Shown piece by piece: positions 1-12,576 of a DNA stretch of 64,000 nucleotides. Every line of letters starts with the position of its first letter. Within the stretch, counting starts at the first letter, position 1. The translations under genes and the position numbers were made by a program. The notes below the pieces were generated by a model. The model was given only the letters and a program-made list of their open reading frames with translations. It ran no database searches and had not been told where the DNA came from. Origin of the DNA: an uncultured Gammaproteobacteria bacterium (GTDB lineage: Bacteria > Pseudomonadota > Gammaproteobacteria > SZUA-229). The stretch spans positions 95,198 to 159,197 of the forward strand of contig CAJXZZ010000001.1 of NCBI GenBank assembly GCA_913065105.1, written 5' to 3'.

Positions 1-379
1 GCTGAATATGTGACTCATCGAACTCCCAGCAACCTTCATCAAAGTAGAACTTATTTTCACCCAGATGCGCCCTTAATGTTTCATACGGTTTAACTGATGG
101 GTTAATGAGTACTGCAGAGCCAGAATATTTTTCAGCGAGATAGGTCGCATAATAACCGCCCAGTGAACTACCGGCATAACTCAATTGGTGTTCATCTAGT
201 GTTTCTTCGACTAACTGCTCCAGAAACAACCTGGCTTCTCCTGGTACAGACGGTATCTGTGGACAGATAAGCAAATCCAGGCAACCCCTTGCATGCATAT
301 AACGTGTTATCAGTTGTGCCTTATGGGATTGTGGCGAGCTGTTAAAACCATGCAGATAGAGTAATTTTCTTGTTTTCAT
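1..379 (-). CDS. yqiA: YqiA/UPF0227-family alpha/beta-hydrolase (esterase), 3' end runs off the window
   Basis: Not in the ORF track. Manual translation from ATG at 379: MKTRKLLYLHGFNSSPQSHKAQ...AGSSLGGYYATYLAEKY...AVLINPSV, with the HGFNSSP and GSSLGG nucleophile motifs. Confidence 0.85.
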   Translation of the reverse strand, partial: MKTRKLLYLHGFNSSPQSHKAQLITRYMHARGCLDLLICPQIPSVPGEARLFLEQLVEETLDEHQLSYAGSSLGGYYATYLAEKYSGSAVLINPSVKPYETLRAHLGENKFYFDEGCWEFDESHIQ

Positions 380-388
380 TTGAGTAAT

Positions 389-426
389 AAAAAACCCTGC
401 AAAACAAAGTCTTACAGGGTTTTTTT
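389..426 (-). terminator. Probable intrinsic terminator after the HU-like gene
   Basis: AAAAAACCCTG...CAGGGTTTTTTT inverted repeat with A/T tracts, about 20 nt past the stop at 446. Confidence 0.65.
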
Positions 427-445
427 AGAAAAACATCAACGATGT

Positions 446-871
446 TTAACTGGCAGCCATGTCTTTGAGTGCTTTTAATGGCAGAACTTTTACAACCTTA
501 CGAGCTGGTTTAGCTGCAACATCCATGAACTCACCAGGGCGGAAAGGATTAGGTACATTCTTTCTTGCTTTGGTTGCAGGTTTTTTATTAACTTTTATTT
601 TTAATAAACCAGGCACTTTAAATTCACCTGCGCCACGGCTCTTAACATGACCATTGATGACATCACCTAATGAATCAAAAACCTTAGCAACTTCTTTACG
701 TGCCAAACCGGTCTCTTCAGAGATGTGTGCATACAACTGTGTTTTTGTAAAAGCGTCTTTTATAGCTTTGATTTGCTTTTCTGGTGCTGCTGTTTTTTTA
801 ACCGCTTTTTTTGATGCAACTTTCTTTTTTACTACTTTCTTTTTAGTGACTTTCTTTTTTGCTGTTGCCAT
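446..871 (-). CDS. HU/IHF-family DNA-binding protein with Lys-rich histone-H1-like N-terminal extension
   Basis: TKTQLYAHISEETGLARKEV...PGLLKI...KPATKAR...NPF..GE....AAKPA arm motif; N-terminus MATAKKKVTKKKVVKKK. Confidence 0.85.
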   Translation of the reverse strand: MATAKKKVTKKKVVKKKVASKKAVKKTAAPEKQIKAIKDAFTKTQLYAHISEETGLARKEVAKVFDSLGDVINGHVKSRGAGEFKVPGLLKIKVNKKPATKARKNVPNPFRPGEFMDVAAKPARKVVKVLPLKALKDMAAS

Positions 872-1119
872 TATCTGGTGCCCTTTGATGATTGATATAT
901 TTTATTAGATGATTTTATATTTTTTATCAGAGAAGTATCTTCAATTTTTTATCTGGAAATCACTCTCTGATCTATATCTGGTGACATGTTTCTACACACA
1001 AATTTTACGTGCAAAAACTGTGGTGATGTTTTATATCTTATATCAAGCAAAGTAAATACTTTTTTTTAAAAAAAGTCATTTTTTACTACAAATACAGTAA
1101 TAATATTGTTTTTAAGCAA

Positions 1120-1638
1120 TTAATCTGTATTTGTGTAAACCATTACAACAGTATGTACAGCAATACCTTCTTCTCTACCGGTAAAGCCTAATTTTTCCGT
1201 TGTTGTTGCTTTGATGTTGATCTGTGAAACGGTAATACCTAACACTTCAGCGACTTGTTGACGCATCGTCTGAATATAAGGAGACATCTTAGGTGTTTGA
1301 GCGATAATCGTCACATCGATATTAGCGATTGAATAATTTTCCTGATGCAAAATATCATTGCATCGTGTCAATAAAAGCCGACTATCAATATTTTTGTACT
1401 TTTCATCGCTATCGGGAAAATGTTGGCCAATATCACCCGCAGCAACACTACCTAATAAAGCGTCACATAAAGAATGGATTAAGACATCACCGTCAGAGTG
1501 CGCGACAAAGCCATAATGGTGCGGAATTTTCACCCCGCCTAAAACGATAAATTCACCCTCACCAAAACAGTGCACGTCATATCCGTGACCTATTCGATAC
1601 GCTGGCAACTGTGGCGTTTTATCTTTATTCATGGTCAC
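1120..1638 (-). CDS. ispF: 2-C-methyl-D-erythritol 2,4-cyclodiphosphate synthase
   Basis: RIGHGYDVH, HSDGDVLIH, DIGQHFPD and KATTTEKLGFTGREEGI motifs; follows ispD. Confidence 0.97.
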   Translation of the reverse strand: MTMNKDKTPQLPAYRIGHGYDVHCFGEGEFIVLGGVKIPHHYGFVAHSDGDVLIHSLCDALLGSVAAGDIGQHFPDSDEKYKNIDSRLLLTRCNDILHQENYSIANIDVTIIAQTPKMSPYIQTMRQQVAEVLGITVSQINIKATTTEKLGFTGREEGIAVHTVVMVYTNTD

Positions 1639-1641
1639 GGC

Positions 1642-2361
1642 TCACTGATCTACCTGAGTTTGAAGGTACAAGCTGGCCAGACGTAAATCATCAGGGCGGG
1701 TAATTTTAATATTATCCTCATTTCCCTCAACCAGTCTGGGTGAAAATCCGGCTAACTCCATTGCCGAAGACTCATCGGTTACAGGCAGATTGTTTTTCTG
1801 TGCTGCTTCTAATGCATGTTTAAGACTTAACGCTGGAAAGTACTGAGGCGTTAATGCGTGCCACAGGTTCTCACGTTCGACGGTTTCATTAACCGTCGTT
1901 ATTGCGCAATCATCTGTATTTTGTCGTTTCATGGTGTCTCGTACTGGCAAGGCAAGTAAACCACCGTCGTTATCAATAACGTCAGTGGCAAGCTTATTAA
2001 TATCCTGCTGACGCAAACACGGACGCACGGCATCATGAACCATAACCCAGTCAGACTCTTTATTGAAATGCGGGTATTGAAACAATGCGTTTATTGCGTT
2101 TAATACTGAATCAGAGCGTTGCTTACCACCAGTGGTCTGTAATACCGGTTTGTTAGACGCAATCTGTATATCAGGCCAATACATATCATCAGACTGGAGT
2201 GCAACAACCAATCCAGAAATGTTTTTATTTTGTAGTAAAGCGTTAATGGTGTGTTCGATAACAGGACGTCCATTAAGCAACATATATTGTTTAGGTATAT
2301 CCGACTGCATGCGTCTACCAATACCCGCTGCCGGCACGATTCCCCATATCGAATGTTTCAT
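1642..2361 (-). CDS. ispD: 2-C-methyl-D-erythritol 4-phosphate cytidylyltransferase
   Basis: VPAAGIGRRM, PKQY, VHDAVRP and NIKITRPDDL motifs. Confidence 0.97.
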   Translation of the reverse strand: MKHSIWGIVPAAGIGRRMQSDIPKQYMLLNGRPVIEHTINALLQNKNISGLVVALQSDDMYWPDIQIASNKPVLQTTGGKQRSDSVLNAINALFQYPHFNKESDWVMVHDAVRPCLRQQDINKLATDVIDNDGGLLALPVRDTMKRQNTDDCAITTVNETVERENLWHALTPQYFPALSLKHALEAAQKNNLPVTDESSAMELAGFSPRLVEGNEDNIKITRPDDLRLASLYLQTQVDQ

Positions 2362-2378
2362 AGATTTTTACCGAAAAT

Positions 2379-2402
2379 GTTCATTTGCGTTCATTTGCGG
2401 AA
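2379..2402. repeat. Half REP-like element, tandem GTTCATTTGC x2, overlapping the ftsB 3' end
   Basis: Minus strand reads TCCGCAAATGAACGCAAATGAAC and shares TCCGCAAATGAA with the palindrome at 36806-36847. Confidence 0.55.
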
Positions 2403-2686
2403 GATGAGTCTTTATCAGGTTCTATCACCTGATAGTAAACTTCACCCTTTTTAATCATGCCCATTTCACTACGAGCACGTTCTTCGATTGCGTCGAGTCC
2501 CTTCTTAAGGTCTTTTACTTCAGCATCCAGTGATGAATTACGTTCCTGTAATTGCTGTACTTCCGTTTTTACTTCTTCCACTTCATTCTGTAGTTGAATA
2601 ACCTCTGGAATACCACCGTCCTGCAACCAGATTTTGTATTGTAACCAGATCAGCAAAACCAGTAATACAGAGGCAATAATTTTCAC
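2381..2686 (-). CDS. ftsB: Cell division protein FtsB
   Basis: N-terminal TM helix, LQYKIW, coiled coil, IEERARSEMGMIKKGE; located between eno and ispD; GTG start. Confidence 0.93.
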   Translation of the reverse strand: MKIIASVLLVLLIWLQYKIWLQDGGIPEVIQLQNEVEEVKTEVQQLQERNSSLDAEVKDLKKGLDAIEERARSEMGMIKKGEVYYQVIEPDKDSSSANERK

Positions 2687-2717
2687 TGATCGTAGCTGCG
2701 GTCAATAACAGACCAGC

Positions 2718-4007
<1,290 letters not shown>

Positions 4008-4090
4008 TTAACGTAAATTATATTTCAAAATTCTTTAAACGTGTGCAGGCGTAAATTCATTAGAATCTATTTTACCTGTATCAATTTTTA

Positions 4091-4924
4091 TTACAGTTCA
4101 AGTTCGTGCATAGTGTTATTTTTTACCGTGGCATCTATCTGCATCAAAACAGATAACAGTGATTCCATCTTTTGTAACGGCCAGGCATTCGGGCCATCAC
4201 TTAAAGCATTCGCTGGGTCAGGATGTGTTTCCATAAACAGACCCGAGATACCAGCAGCAACCGCTGCACGTGCTAATACGGGTATATGTTCACGCTGACC
4301 GCCAGACGATGTGCCCTGGCCACCCGGCAGCTGTACTGAGTGCGTGCCATCATATACCACAGGGCAGTTACTTTCGCGCATGATGGCCAGTGAACGCATA
4401 TCAGAAACCAGGTTGTTATAACCGAATGAGACACCGCGTTCACAGGCCATGATATTCTCATTACCGGTGGAACGTGCTTTATCGATCACGTTTTTCATAT
4501 CACCCGGTGCCAGAAACTGGCCTTTTTTGATATTCACCGGTTTACCGGTCGCAGCAACCTTTAGAATGAAATTTGTCTGACGACATAAAAATGCTGGCGT
4601 CTGCAAGACATCGACCACACTAGCAACTTCATCCATGGGGGTATCTTCATGCACATCGGTCAATACCGGCACACCAACTTCATCTTTTATTTTTTGCAAA
4701 ATACGCAGACCTTCTTCTATGCCAGGGCCACGAAAACTTGTACCGGAAGATCGGTTGGCTTTATCAAAGGATGATTTATAGATAAAAGGAATACCCAGTT
4801 TTGAAGTGATTTCTTTTAATTGTGTCGAAGTATCCATCGCCATCTTTTCACTTTCAATGACACAGGGACCGGCGATCAAAAACAGCGGTTTGTCGAGACC
4901 TACTTCAAAATCACAAAGTTTCAT
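4091..4924 (-). CDS. kdsA: KDO 8-phosphate synthase
   Basis: [32 protein letters not shown] and [10 protein letters not shown] motifs. Confidence 0.98.
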   Translation of the reverse strand: MKLCDFEVGLDKPLFLIAGPCVIESEKMAMDTSTQLKEITSKLGIPFIYKSSFDKANRSSGTSFRGPGIEEGLRILQKIKDEVGVPVLTDVHEDTPMDEVASVVDVLQTPAFLCRQTNFILKVAATGKPVNIKKGQFLAPGDMKNVIDKARSTGNENIMACERGVSFGYNNLVSDMRSLAIMRESNCPVVYDGTHSVQLPGGQGTSSGGQREHIPVLARAAVAAGISGLFMETHPDPANALSDGPNAWPLQKMESLLSVLMQIDATVKNNTMHELEL

Positions 4925-4948
4925 TTAGTATTCCTATGCTGATAAAAA

Positions 4949-6646
<1,698 letters not shown>

Positions 6647-6858
6647 CTAAAAAAATGTTTGAGAAAGAAAAAAATGACGTGACCCGAACAATAATCTCGT
6701 GGCTTCATCACCTGCATCTGCTCGGGCGGTAATTCTAGCAAAATCAGCAGATAGCGACAACGAAAACATTGATTTAATATAGAATTCCCCAAACTATCCC
6801 GAAACTAAGTAGATATAAAATAATCACAGGTCGACAAAGCGCTTTATACACCCTGCAC

Positions 6859-7971
6859 ATGGCTTTAACTGAACATTACAAAACTTCCTTAAAACAACCT
6901 GACATGGTTCATGACGCCGCGCAGGAACAGGCCATTTTCAAGCTTGAAGTACTTAGCCGTAGATTAATAGCGCGCAATAAGAGCCCTGTACTGAATTTCC
7001 TGAGGCAGTTCTCACTACTGCAGATGCTTATACAGAAACACCAGCCACAGCCGGCACAGGGTTTATATCTATGGGGTGGCGTCGGTCGTGGCAAGAGCTG
7101 GTTGATGAATCTGTTTTACGAAGAACTGGCCATCGAAGAAAAAAATCGCATCCACTTCCATCACTTCATGCTCGATATTCATGAAAAACTGAGCACCCTA
7201 AATAAGCAAAAAAACCCCCTGCAACACATAGCGAAACAACTGGCAAAAAAATATAGAGTGATATGTATTGATGAATTTATTGTCACCAACATTACCGATG
7301 CGATGATACTGAGCGAATTACTTCACTCCCTGTTTAAACATGAGGTCTGCCTGGTGGTTACTTCCAACCGTGTACCGGATGATTTATACCTCAACGGTCT
7401 GCAACGTGAACGTTTTTTACCAGCCATCGAATTAATAAAAACACACACCGAAGTATTCCATCTAGATGGTGGCATTGATCACCGAAGCGCACTACTTGAA
7501 CTTTCCGATGTTTATTATTTTCCTGTTGTTGAAGACACATTTCAACAAATAACACAAAGAATGCAGGAGCTATCAATAACACCCGTCATTAAAAACAGAA
7601 CACTGAACATTCTAAAACGCGAAATTAAAACCATTCGCTGTAGCGATGAAATCGCCTGGTTTGATTTTGAAACTATCTGCTCAGCACCTAGAGCAGCTCA
7701 GGATTACATCGAACTGGCACAGCAATTTAATACCATTATTGTCAGTAATATTCCGATAATGGATGAATTTAGCGATGATAAGGCACGTCGTTTCATATAC
7801 TTGATTGATGAGCTATACGATAGAAATGTAAAACTCATTGCCACCGCAGCAGCTGAACCCGAAAAACTGTACCAGGGAAATATGTTAGAATTTGCCTTCC
7901 ATCGAACAAGCAGTCGGTTAATCGAAATGCGGTCACATCACTATTTAAGCCAATCGCACGAGCCTTTTTAA
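6859..7971 (+). CDS. zapE: Cell division ATPase ZapE (AFG1 family)
   Basis: GLYLWGGVGRGKS Walker A, CIDEF Walker B, TSNRVPDDLY..GLQRERFLP, RRFIYLIDELYD. Confidence 0.93.
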   Translation: MALTEHYKTSLKQPDMVHDAAQEQAIFKLEVLSRRLIARNKSPVLNFLRQFSLLQMLIQKHQPQPAQGLYLWGGVGRGKSWLMNLFYEELAIEEKNRIHFHHFMLDIHEKLSTLNKQKNPLQHIAKQLAKKYRVICIDEFIVTNITDAMILSELLHSLFKHEVCLVVTSNRVPDDLYLNGLQRERFLPAIELIKTHTEVFHLDGGIDHRSALLELSDVYYFPVVEDTFQQITQRMQELSITPVIKNRTLNILKREIKTIRCSDEIAWFDFETICSAPRAAQDYIELAQQFNTIIVSNIPIMDEFSDDKARRFIYLIDELYDRNVKLIATAAAEPEKLYQGNMLEFAFHRTSSRLIEMRSHHYLSQSHEPF

Positions 7972-8171
7972 TGAACCCCGAGCTTTCAAAAAATGCCCTG
8001 GATAAGATCGAAACACTCTGTGCTGACGGTTGCTCTGAGGTTAATCAATTATTGCACAGGGCAAAAAATGGAAGCTGCCTGGATGAACTGTCGGAGTTTA
8101 GCCATTCTGAGATTAAGCAGATCCTGGATGAACTAGACAAGATCATGTCTGTTTATGAAAAGCGAGATTAA
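7971..8171 (+). CDS. Small hypothetical protein (66 aa), translationally coupled to zapE
   Basis: ATG overlaps the zapE TAA (TAATG); CxxxC motif; helical C-terminus LDELDKIMSVY. Confidence 0.6.
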   Translation: MNPELSKNALDKIETLCADGCSEVNQLLHRAKNGSCLDELSEFSHSEIKQILDELDKIMSVYEKRD

Positions 8172-9052
8172 TCGTTAGATTCCAGTTCCTCTACCAGCGT
8201 TTCTTTAGCTATCATTTCGGGGGTCTCAAAGCTTAGAGGACCCAAAACACCACTACGTATCTCATGGATCAAAATTTCAGACGCGCGCTGTATATCGATA
8301 ATACCGCCAGCTCGTAAACAGCCACGCCTTCGGCCTAACTCTTCCAGTAATTCAATGCCTGTTTCCGGACATTGTTTTAATTTATAGCGATCAACAACCC
8401 GGTCACCATAAGCATCGATCAGGTAATCCGCGGCAAACACTGCAATATCCTCAAAATCGATAGCGGTGTTTTTTATCGCACCGGTAATGGCCAAACGATA
8501 ACTGCTGTTTTCATTGACTATCTTCGGCCACAGAATTCCCGGCGTGTCAGAAAGCGCAATGTCATCCTGCAGGATAATGCGTTGCTGTGCAGACGATACC
8601 ATTTTAGTCACTGCAGGCTCATCACCCACTTTCGCCAGTGTTTTACCTGCCAGGGTATTGATCAGTGTGGACTTACCGACATTGGGAATCCCCATGATCA
8701 TGACGCGTATATATTTAACCGCACCGCCACGTCCAGGCAGCAACTTGCGGCACAGCTCCGGCAAATTTCTTGTTCTCGATTTATCCTGAACAGACAGGGC
8801 CTGCGCTTTTACGCCCTGTTCTTTTTCAAAATGCTGCAGCCACATTTTGGTGATTTCAGGGTCAGCCAGATCACTTTTATTTAGAATTTTTATGCAGGGA
8901 CGATGCTGTCGCAGTTCAGCGACCATAGGGTTCTCACTACTAAAAGGGATACGCGCGTCCATCACCTCGATCACCAGATCGACATCAGACATGGTCTCTT
9001 TGATTATGCGGCGGGCTTTGTTCATATGCCCGGGATACCACTGAACTGCCAT
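8168..9052 (-). CDS. ylqF: Ribosome biogenesis GTPase YlqF/RbgA
   Basis: QWYPGHMNKA start, DARIP, NKSD (G4) before GIPNVGKS (G1) and DTPG (G3): circularly permuted GTPase. Confidence 0.95.
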   Translation of the reverse strand: MAVQWYPGHMNKARRIIKETMSDVDLVIEVMDARIPFSSENPMVAELRQHRPCIKILNKSDLADPEITKMWLQHFEKEQGVKAQALSVQDKSRTRNLPELCRKLLPGRGGAVKYIRVMIMGIPNVGKSTLINTLAGKTLAKVGDEPAVTKMVSSAQQRIILQDDIALSDTPGILWPKIVNENSSYRLAITGAIKNTAIDFEDIAVFAADYLIDAYGDRVVDRYKLKQCPETGIELLEELGRRRGCLRAGGIIDIQRASEILIHEIRSGVLGPLSFETPEMIAKETLVEELESND

Positions 9053-9151
9053 AATGTTTACTGCGTTGCGAATGAAAATGAAGTTTATCGTAGATATCTG
9101 TGTTTAGTAAGACATGCACGAGCTAACTATGACTTTAACAAAAGAAACATT

Positions 9152-9231
9152 TTACCGCGCAGGCGCAGAGGCGCAGAGGAAACAATAGATAATGTTTTTA
9201 AAACTCAGCGTTTCTCGACCTCTGCGGTTAA
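9152..9231. repeat. Degenerate REP-like inverted repeat of the CGCAGAG type
   Basis: Left arm TACCGCGCAGGCGCAGAGGCGCAGAG; right arm CTCAGCGTTTCTCGACCTCTGCGGTTA; AT-rich spacer; intergenic between maeB and ylqF. Confidence 0.55.
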
Positions 9232-9237
9232 TTCTGA

Positions 9238-11529
9238 TTATTCACGCATGGCATGTTCAACAGCCACAGCGCTCATGTTCACCAGGTTGCGCACGGTAAT
9301 CGCCTGTGCAACGACGTGGGCAGACTTTGACATGCCCATCAAAATGGGTCCTATAGTTACGCCACCACCCAGTGTTTTTAATAATGTGACCGAAATATTA
9401 GCGGCATCAGCGCTTGGCATAACCAATAAGTTTGCCGTGCCTTTTAATCTTGAGTCTGGATATAATCGATTTCGTATTTTTTCATTCAATGCGGCATCAG
9501 CATGCATCTCACCTTCTACTTCAAGTTCTGGAACCGTCTCATGCAAAATAGCCAGTGCTTCTCTCATCTTCACTGCAGACTCATCGTCCGATGCACCGAA
9601 GTTTGAATGTGAAACCAGTGCGACTTTAGGCTCGATGCCAAAAGATCGAATTTCTTCTGCCGCCAGCAAGGTTGTTTCTACCAGTTCTTCAGCCGTTGGA
9701 TTTTTTGTGACGTGTGCATCACAGATAAAAACGGTCTGTGCCGGCAGCAGGTGTGCGACCAGGGTGGATGCCTGCTGTATACCCTCTGCCTTATCGATGA
9801 CATCAAGGATATTGCCAAGGCTTCGCGTAAAACCTCCAGAAACACCGGCGATCATGGCATCCGCATCACCCAGTTTTACCATCAGGGCAGCCAGGATCGT
9901 GTTGCGGTTTCGAACGATATGTTTTGCTCCGCCGGGTGTTACCCCTTTTCTTCCCATTAACTGGTGATAATAAACCGCGTAATCAGCAAACAGGGGATTA
10001 TGCTGTGGGTCTATAATGTCAACATCAAAACCGTCTTTTATACGCAAACCAAGTTCGTCGATATTTGCAATGATGACATCACGATTACCAATTAACACAG
10101 GTCTTGCTATCTCATTATCGACCACCTGCTGCGCTGCCTGTAATACCCGTTGAGTCTCACCCTCGGCATAAACCAGCTTTTTATCGCTACCTTTGGCACG
10201 CTCCATAACCGGCCGCATAAAACTGCCGGAACGATAAACAAAGTCCAGTAATCTTTCACGGTAATCCTCAAAATCTTTTATCGGACGCGTTGACACACCA
10301 CTATCCATAGCCGCCCTGGCAACAGCCATCGATAGTTCAACGACCAGCCGAGGATCAAAAGGTTTTGGAATTAAATATTCGGCACCGAACTTATCTGGTT
10401 TACCCCCATAGGCCTGTAATACAGCGTCTGATACCTCTCTCTGCACAAGATTGGATAATGCATTGACACAGGCCAGCTTCATTTCTTCATTGATGGTGGT
10501 GGCTCCAACATCCAGCGCACCTCGAAAGATGAAGGGGAAACATAAAACGTTATTCACCTGGTTGGGATAGTCCGAGCGCCCGGTACAGATCAAGGCATCA
10601 GGCCGTACCTGTTTAACAAGCTCCGGTAAAATTTCTGGTACCGGATTGGCCAAAGCCAGGATCAATGGTTTGTTTGCCATCTTCATCAACATATCCGGTT
10701 TAACAACATTCGCCGCGGATAAACCAAGAAATACATCGGCATCTACCAGTGCTTCCTGCAGGTTTCGCGCTTTGGTCGCAGAGGCATAAACTTCTTTCCA
10801 TTGATCCATGTCCTCCTTACGTCCTTTATAAACGACACCCACCCTGTCCGTGACAATAATATTCTTAACAGGTAAACCCGCACTGACTAACTGATTCAAA
10901 CACGCCAGTGCTGCTGCACCCGCTCCAGACGTCACCAGTCGAATCTGTTTTAGATCTTTAGCGACCACTTTTAGACCGCTAAGTATCGCTGCGGTAACGA
11001 TAATTGCAGTACCGTGCTGATCATCATGAAATACAGGGATATGCATACGTTCACGCAAACGCTGCTCGATTTCAAAACATTCCGGTGCTTTTATATCTTC
11101 AAGGTTGATGCCGCCAAATGTTGGCTCCAGGGCTGCTACGGTATCGATAAACTTGTCGATGTCCGGCTGATCAATTTCGATATCAAAAACATCGATGTTA
11201 GAAAAACGTTTGAACAGTACCGCTTTACCTTCCATCACCGGTTTAGAAGCTAACGGCCCGATGTTTCCCAGACCAAGTACGGCAGTGCCATTGGTGATAA
11301 CACCAACAAGATTTGATCGAATAGTATAATCAGCGGCTTTTGTCGGATCAGCATGAATGGCCATACAGGCAGATGCAACGCCGGGAGAATAAGCTAGAGA
11401 TAAGTCATGCTGTGTTGTCAGTGGTTTGGTTGCGCTGATCTGCAACTTCCCCGGGGTGGGGAACTGATGGTAATCAAGCGCATCCTGATCGTTATTTTTC
11501 AGGTTTTTATTCTTATTATCGTCGGCCAT
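9238..11529 (-). CDS. maeB: NADP-dependent malic enzyme with C-terminal phosphotransacetylase-like domain
   Basis: [47 protein letters not shown] and a PTA-like C-terminal half. Start placed at MADD (11529); the ORF track extends to 11553. Confidence 0.96.
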   Translation of the reverse strand: MADDNKNKNLKNNDQDALDYHQFPTPGKLQISATKPLTTQHDLSLAYSPGVASACMAIHADPTKAADYTIRSNLVGVITNGTAVLGLGNIGPLASKPVMEGKAVLFKRFSNIDVFDIEIDQPDIDKFIDTVAALEPTFGGINLEDIKAPECFEIEQRLRERMHIPVFHDDQHGTAIIVTAAILSGLKVVAKDLKQIRLVTSGAGAAALACLNQLVSAGLPVKNIIVTDRVGVVYKGRKEDMDQWKEVYASATKARNLQEALVDADVFLGLSAANVVKPDMLMKMANKPLILALANPVPEILPELVKQVRPDALICTGRSDYPNQVNNVLCFPFIFRGALDVGATTINEEMKLACVNALSNLVQREVSDAVLQAYGGKPDKFGAEYLIPKPFDPRLVVELSMAVARAAMDSGVSTRPIKDFEDYRERLLDFVYRSGSFMRPVMERAKGSDKKLVYAEGETQRVLQAAQQVVDNEIARPVLIGNRDVIIANIDELGLRIKDGFDVDIIDPQHNPLFADYAVYYHQLMGRKGVTPGGAKHIVRNRNTILAALMVKLGDADAMIAGVSGGFTRSLGNILDVIDKAEGIQQASTLVAHLLPAQTVFICDAHVTKNPTAEELVETTLLAAEEIRSFGIEPKVALVSHSNFGASDDESAVKMREALAILHETVPELEVEGEMHADAALNEKIRNRLYPDSRLKGTANLLVMPSADAANISVTLLKTLGGGVTIGPILMGMSKSAHVVAQAITVRNLVNMSAVAVEHAMRE

Positions 11530-11696
11530 ACTGTTACCATTTTTTGTGAGCATTTAACTGTTTTATAGACGAAGTAAGCAAAGGTTGGTTCATTTACGAA
11601 ATATATGAAACAATGCGCATATTATAACGTCGTTGCAAAGGTAGATTGGTTACCTCCTGCAGATAGACGAGAAACTCAACACGATTTCACAAAAAA

Positions 11697-11996
11697 ATGA
11701 AAACAATTAACTTGCCTTATCTCAGTCTAGCTTTAGGACTGTTTCTGCTAGTAGTGATAACCAGAGGCAGTGAAGCAGACAGCAGTGGTGCCACTGCCCT
11801 GCCATTATTAACCCTGCTCATCATTAACGAATGTGCTTTTTTCTTAAACCTCGCTGGCAGTTTTATCGGCATTAAATACCTTAAATCCATTAATTTTAAT
11901 ATCCGCCTTAAACCTTTATACACGATCACTACGGTGTTATGCGTTTTACTAACGATGCAATTCACCTTACTCGGCATTAAACTTTGGCCACTATAA
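11697..11996 (+). CDS. Hypothetical membrane protein (about 3 TM helices)
   Basis: Three hydrophobic segments; ends LWPL; first gene of a co-oriented run. Confidence 0.7.
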   Translation: MKTINLPYLSLALGLFLLVVITRGSEADSSGATALPLLTLLIINECAFFLNLAGSFIGIKYLKSINFNIRLKPLYTITTVLCVLLTMQFTLLGIKLWPL

Positions 11997-12012
11997 AAAA
12001 GACAAACTCTTT

Positions 12013-12504
12013 ATGACTAATAATGACATCCTGCGCCGTATCCGCTACATCTTCGATTTAAACGATACAAAAATGATTGCCATATTCGACCTGGCCGATT
12101 GCAAAGTAACGCGTGAACAGATCAGCGACTGGTTGAAAAAAGATGACGACCCGGCGTATAAAGCCTGTGACGACACTCAGCTAGCTATTTTTCTCAATGG
12201 TCTGATCAACCATAAACGTGGCAAAAAAGATGGCCCGCAACCGACACCAGAAAAAAAGTTAAACAACAACATTATTTTCAGAAAACTAAAGATCGCATTA
12301 AATCTAAAAAATGAAGACGTGCTGGAGATTCTACAACTGGCCGAATTACGCATCAGCAAACACGAATTAAGTGCATTTTTCCGCAGAGAAGATCATAAAC
12401 ACTACCGTGTCTGCAAAGATCAGATCTTACGAAATTTTCTAAAAGGTGTGCAGCTTAAATATCGTCCAGCAGCAAAACCAGATGCTGATTTCTCATGGGA
12501 TTAG
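12013..12504 (+). CDS. DUF1456 (YehS-like) protein
   Basis: MTNNDILRRIRY, FLNGLI..KRG, LNNNIIFRKLKIAL, ELSAFFR, CKDQILRNFL. Confidence 0.88.
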   Translation: MTNNDILRRIRYIFDLNDTKMIAIFDLADCKVTREQISDWLKKDDDPAYKACDDTQLAIFLNGLINHKRGKKDGPQPTPEKKLNNNIIFRKLKIALNLKNEDVLEILQLAELRISKHELSAFFRREDHKHYRVCKDQILRNFLKGVQLKYRPAAKPDADFSWD

Positions 12505-12576
12505 GAGCATTAAACACTGCCATCCTGAGCAATAGTGAAGACTTTTAAATTCGGAATATAAAACCATAGCAACAAC

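Noticed and set aside
654-908. 84-aa Phe-rich plus-strand ORF (also 459-650)
   Set aside because: Antisense mirror of the Lys-rich HU tail (AAA read as TTT).
870-985. Three TATCTGG occurrences upstream of the HU-like gene
   Set aside because: Short and irregularly spaced in AT-rich DNA; may be chance.
8903-9967. 354-aa plus-strand ORF
   Set aside because: Antisense to maeB and ylqF, no recognisable motifs; a shadow ORF.
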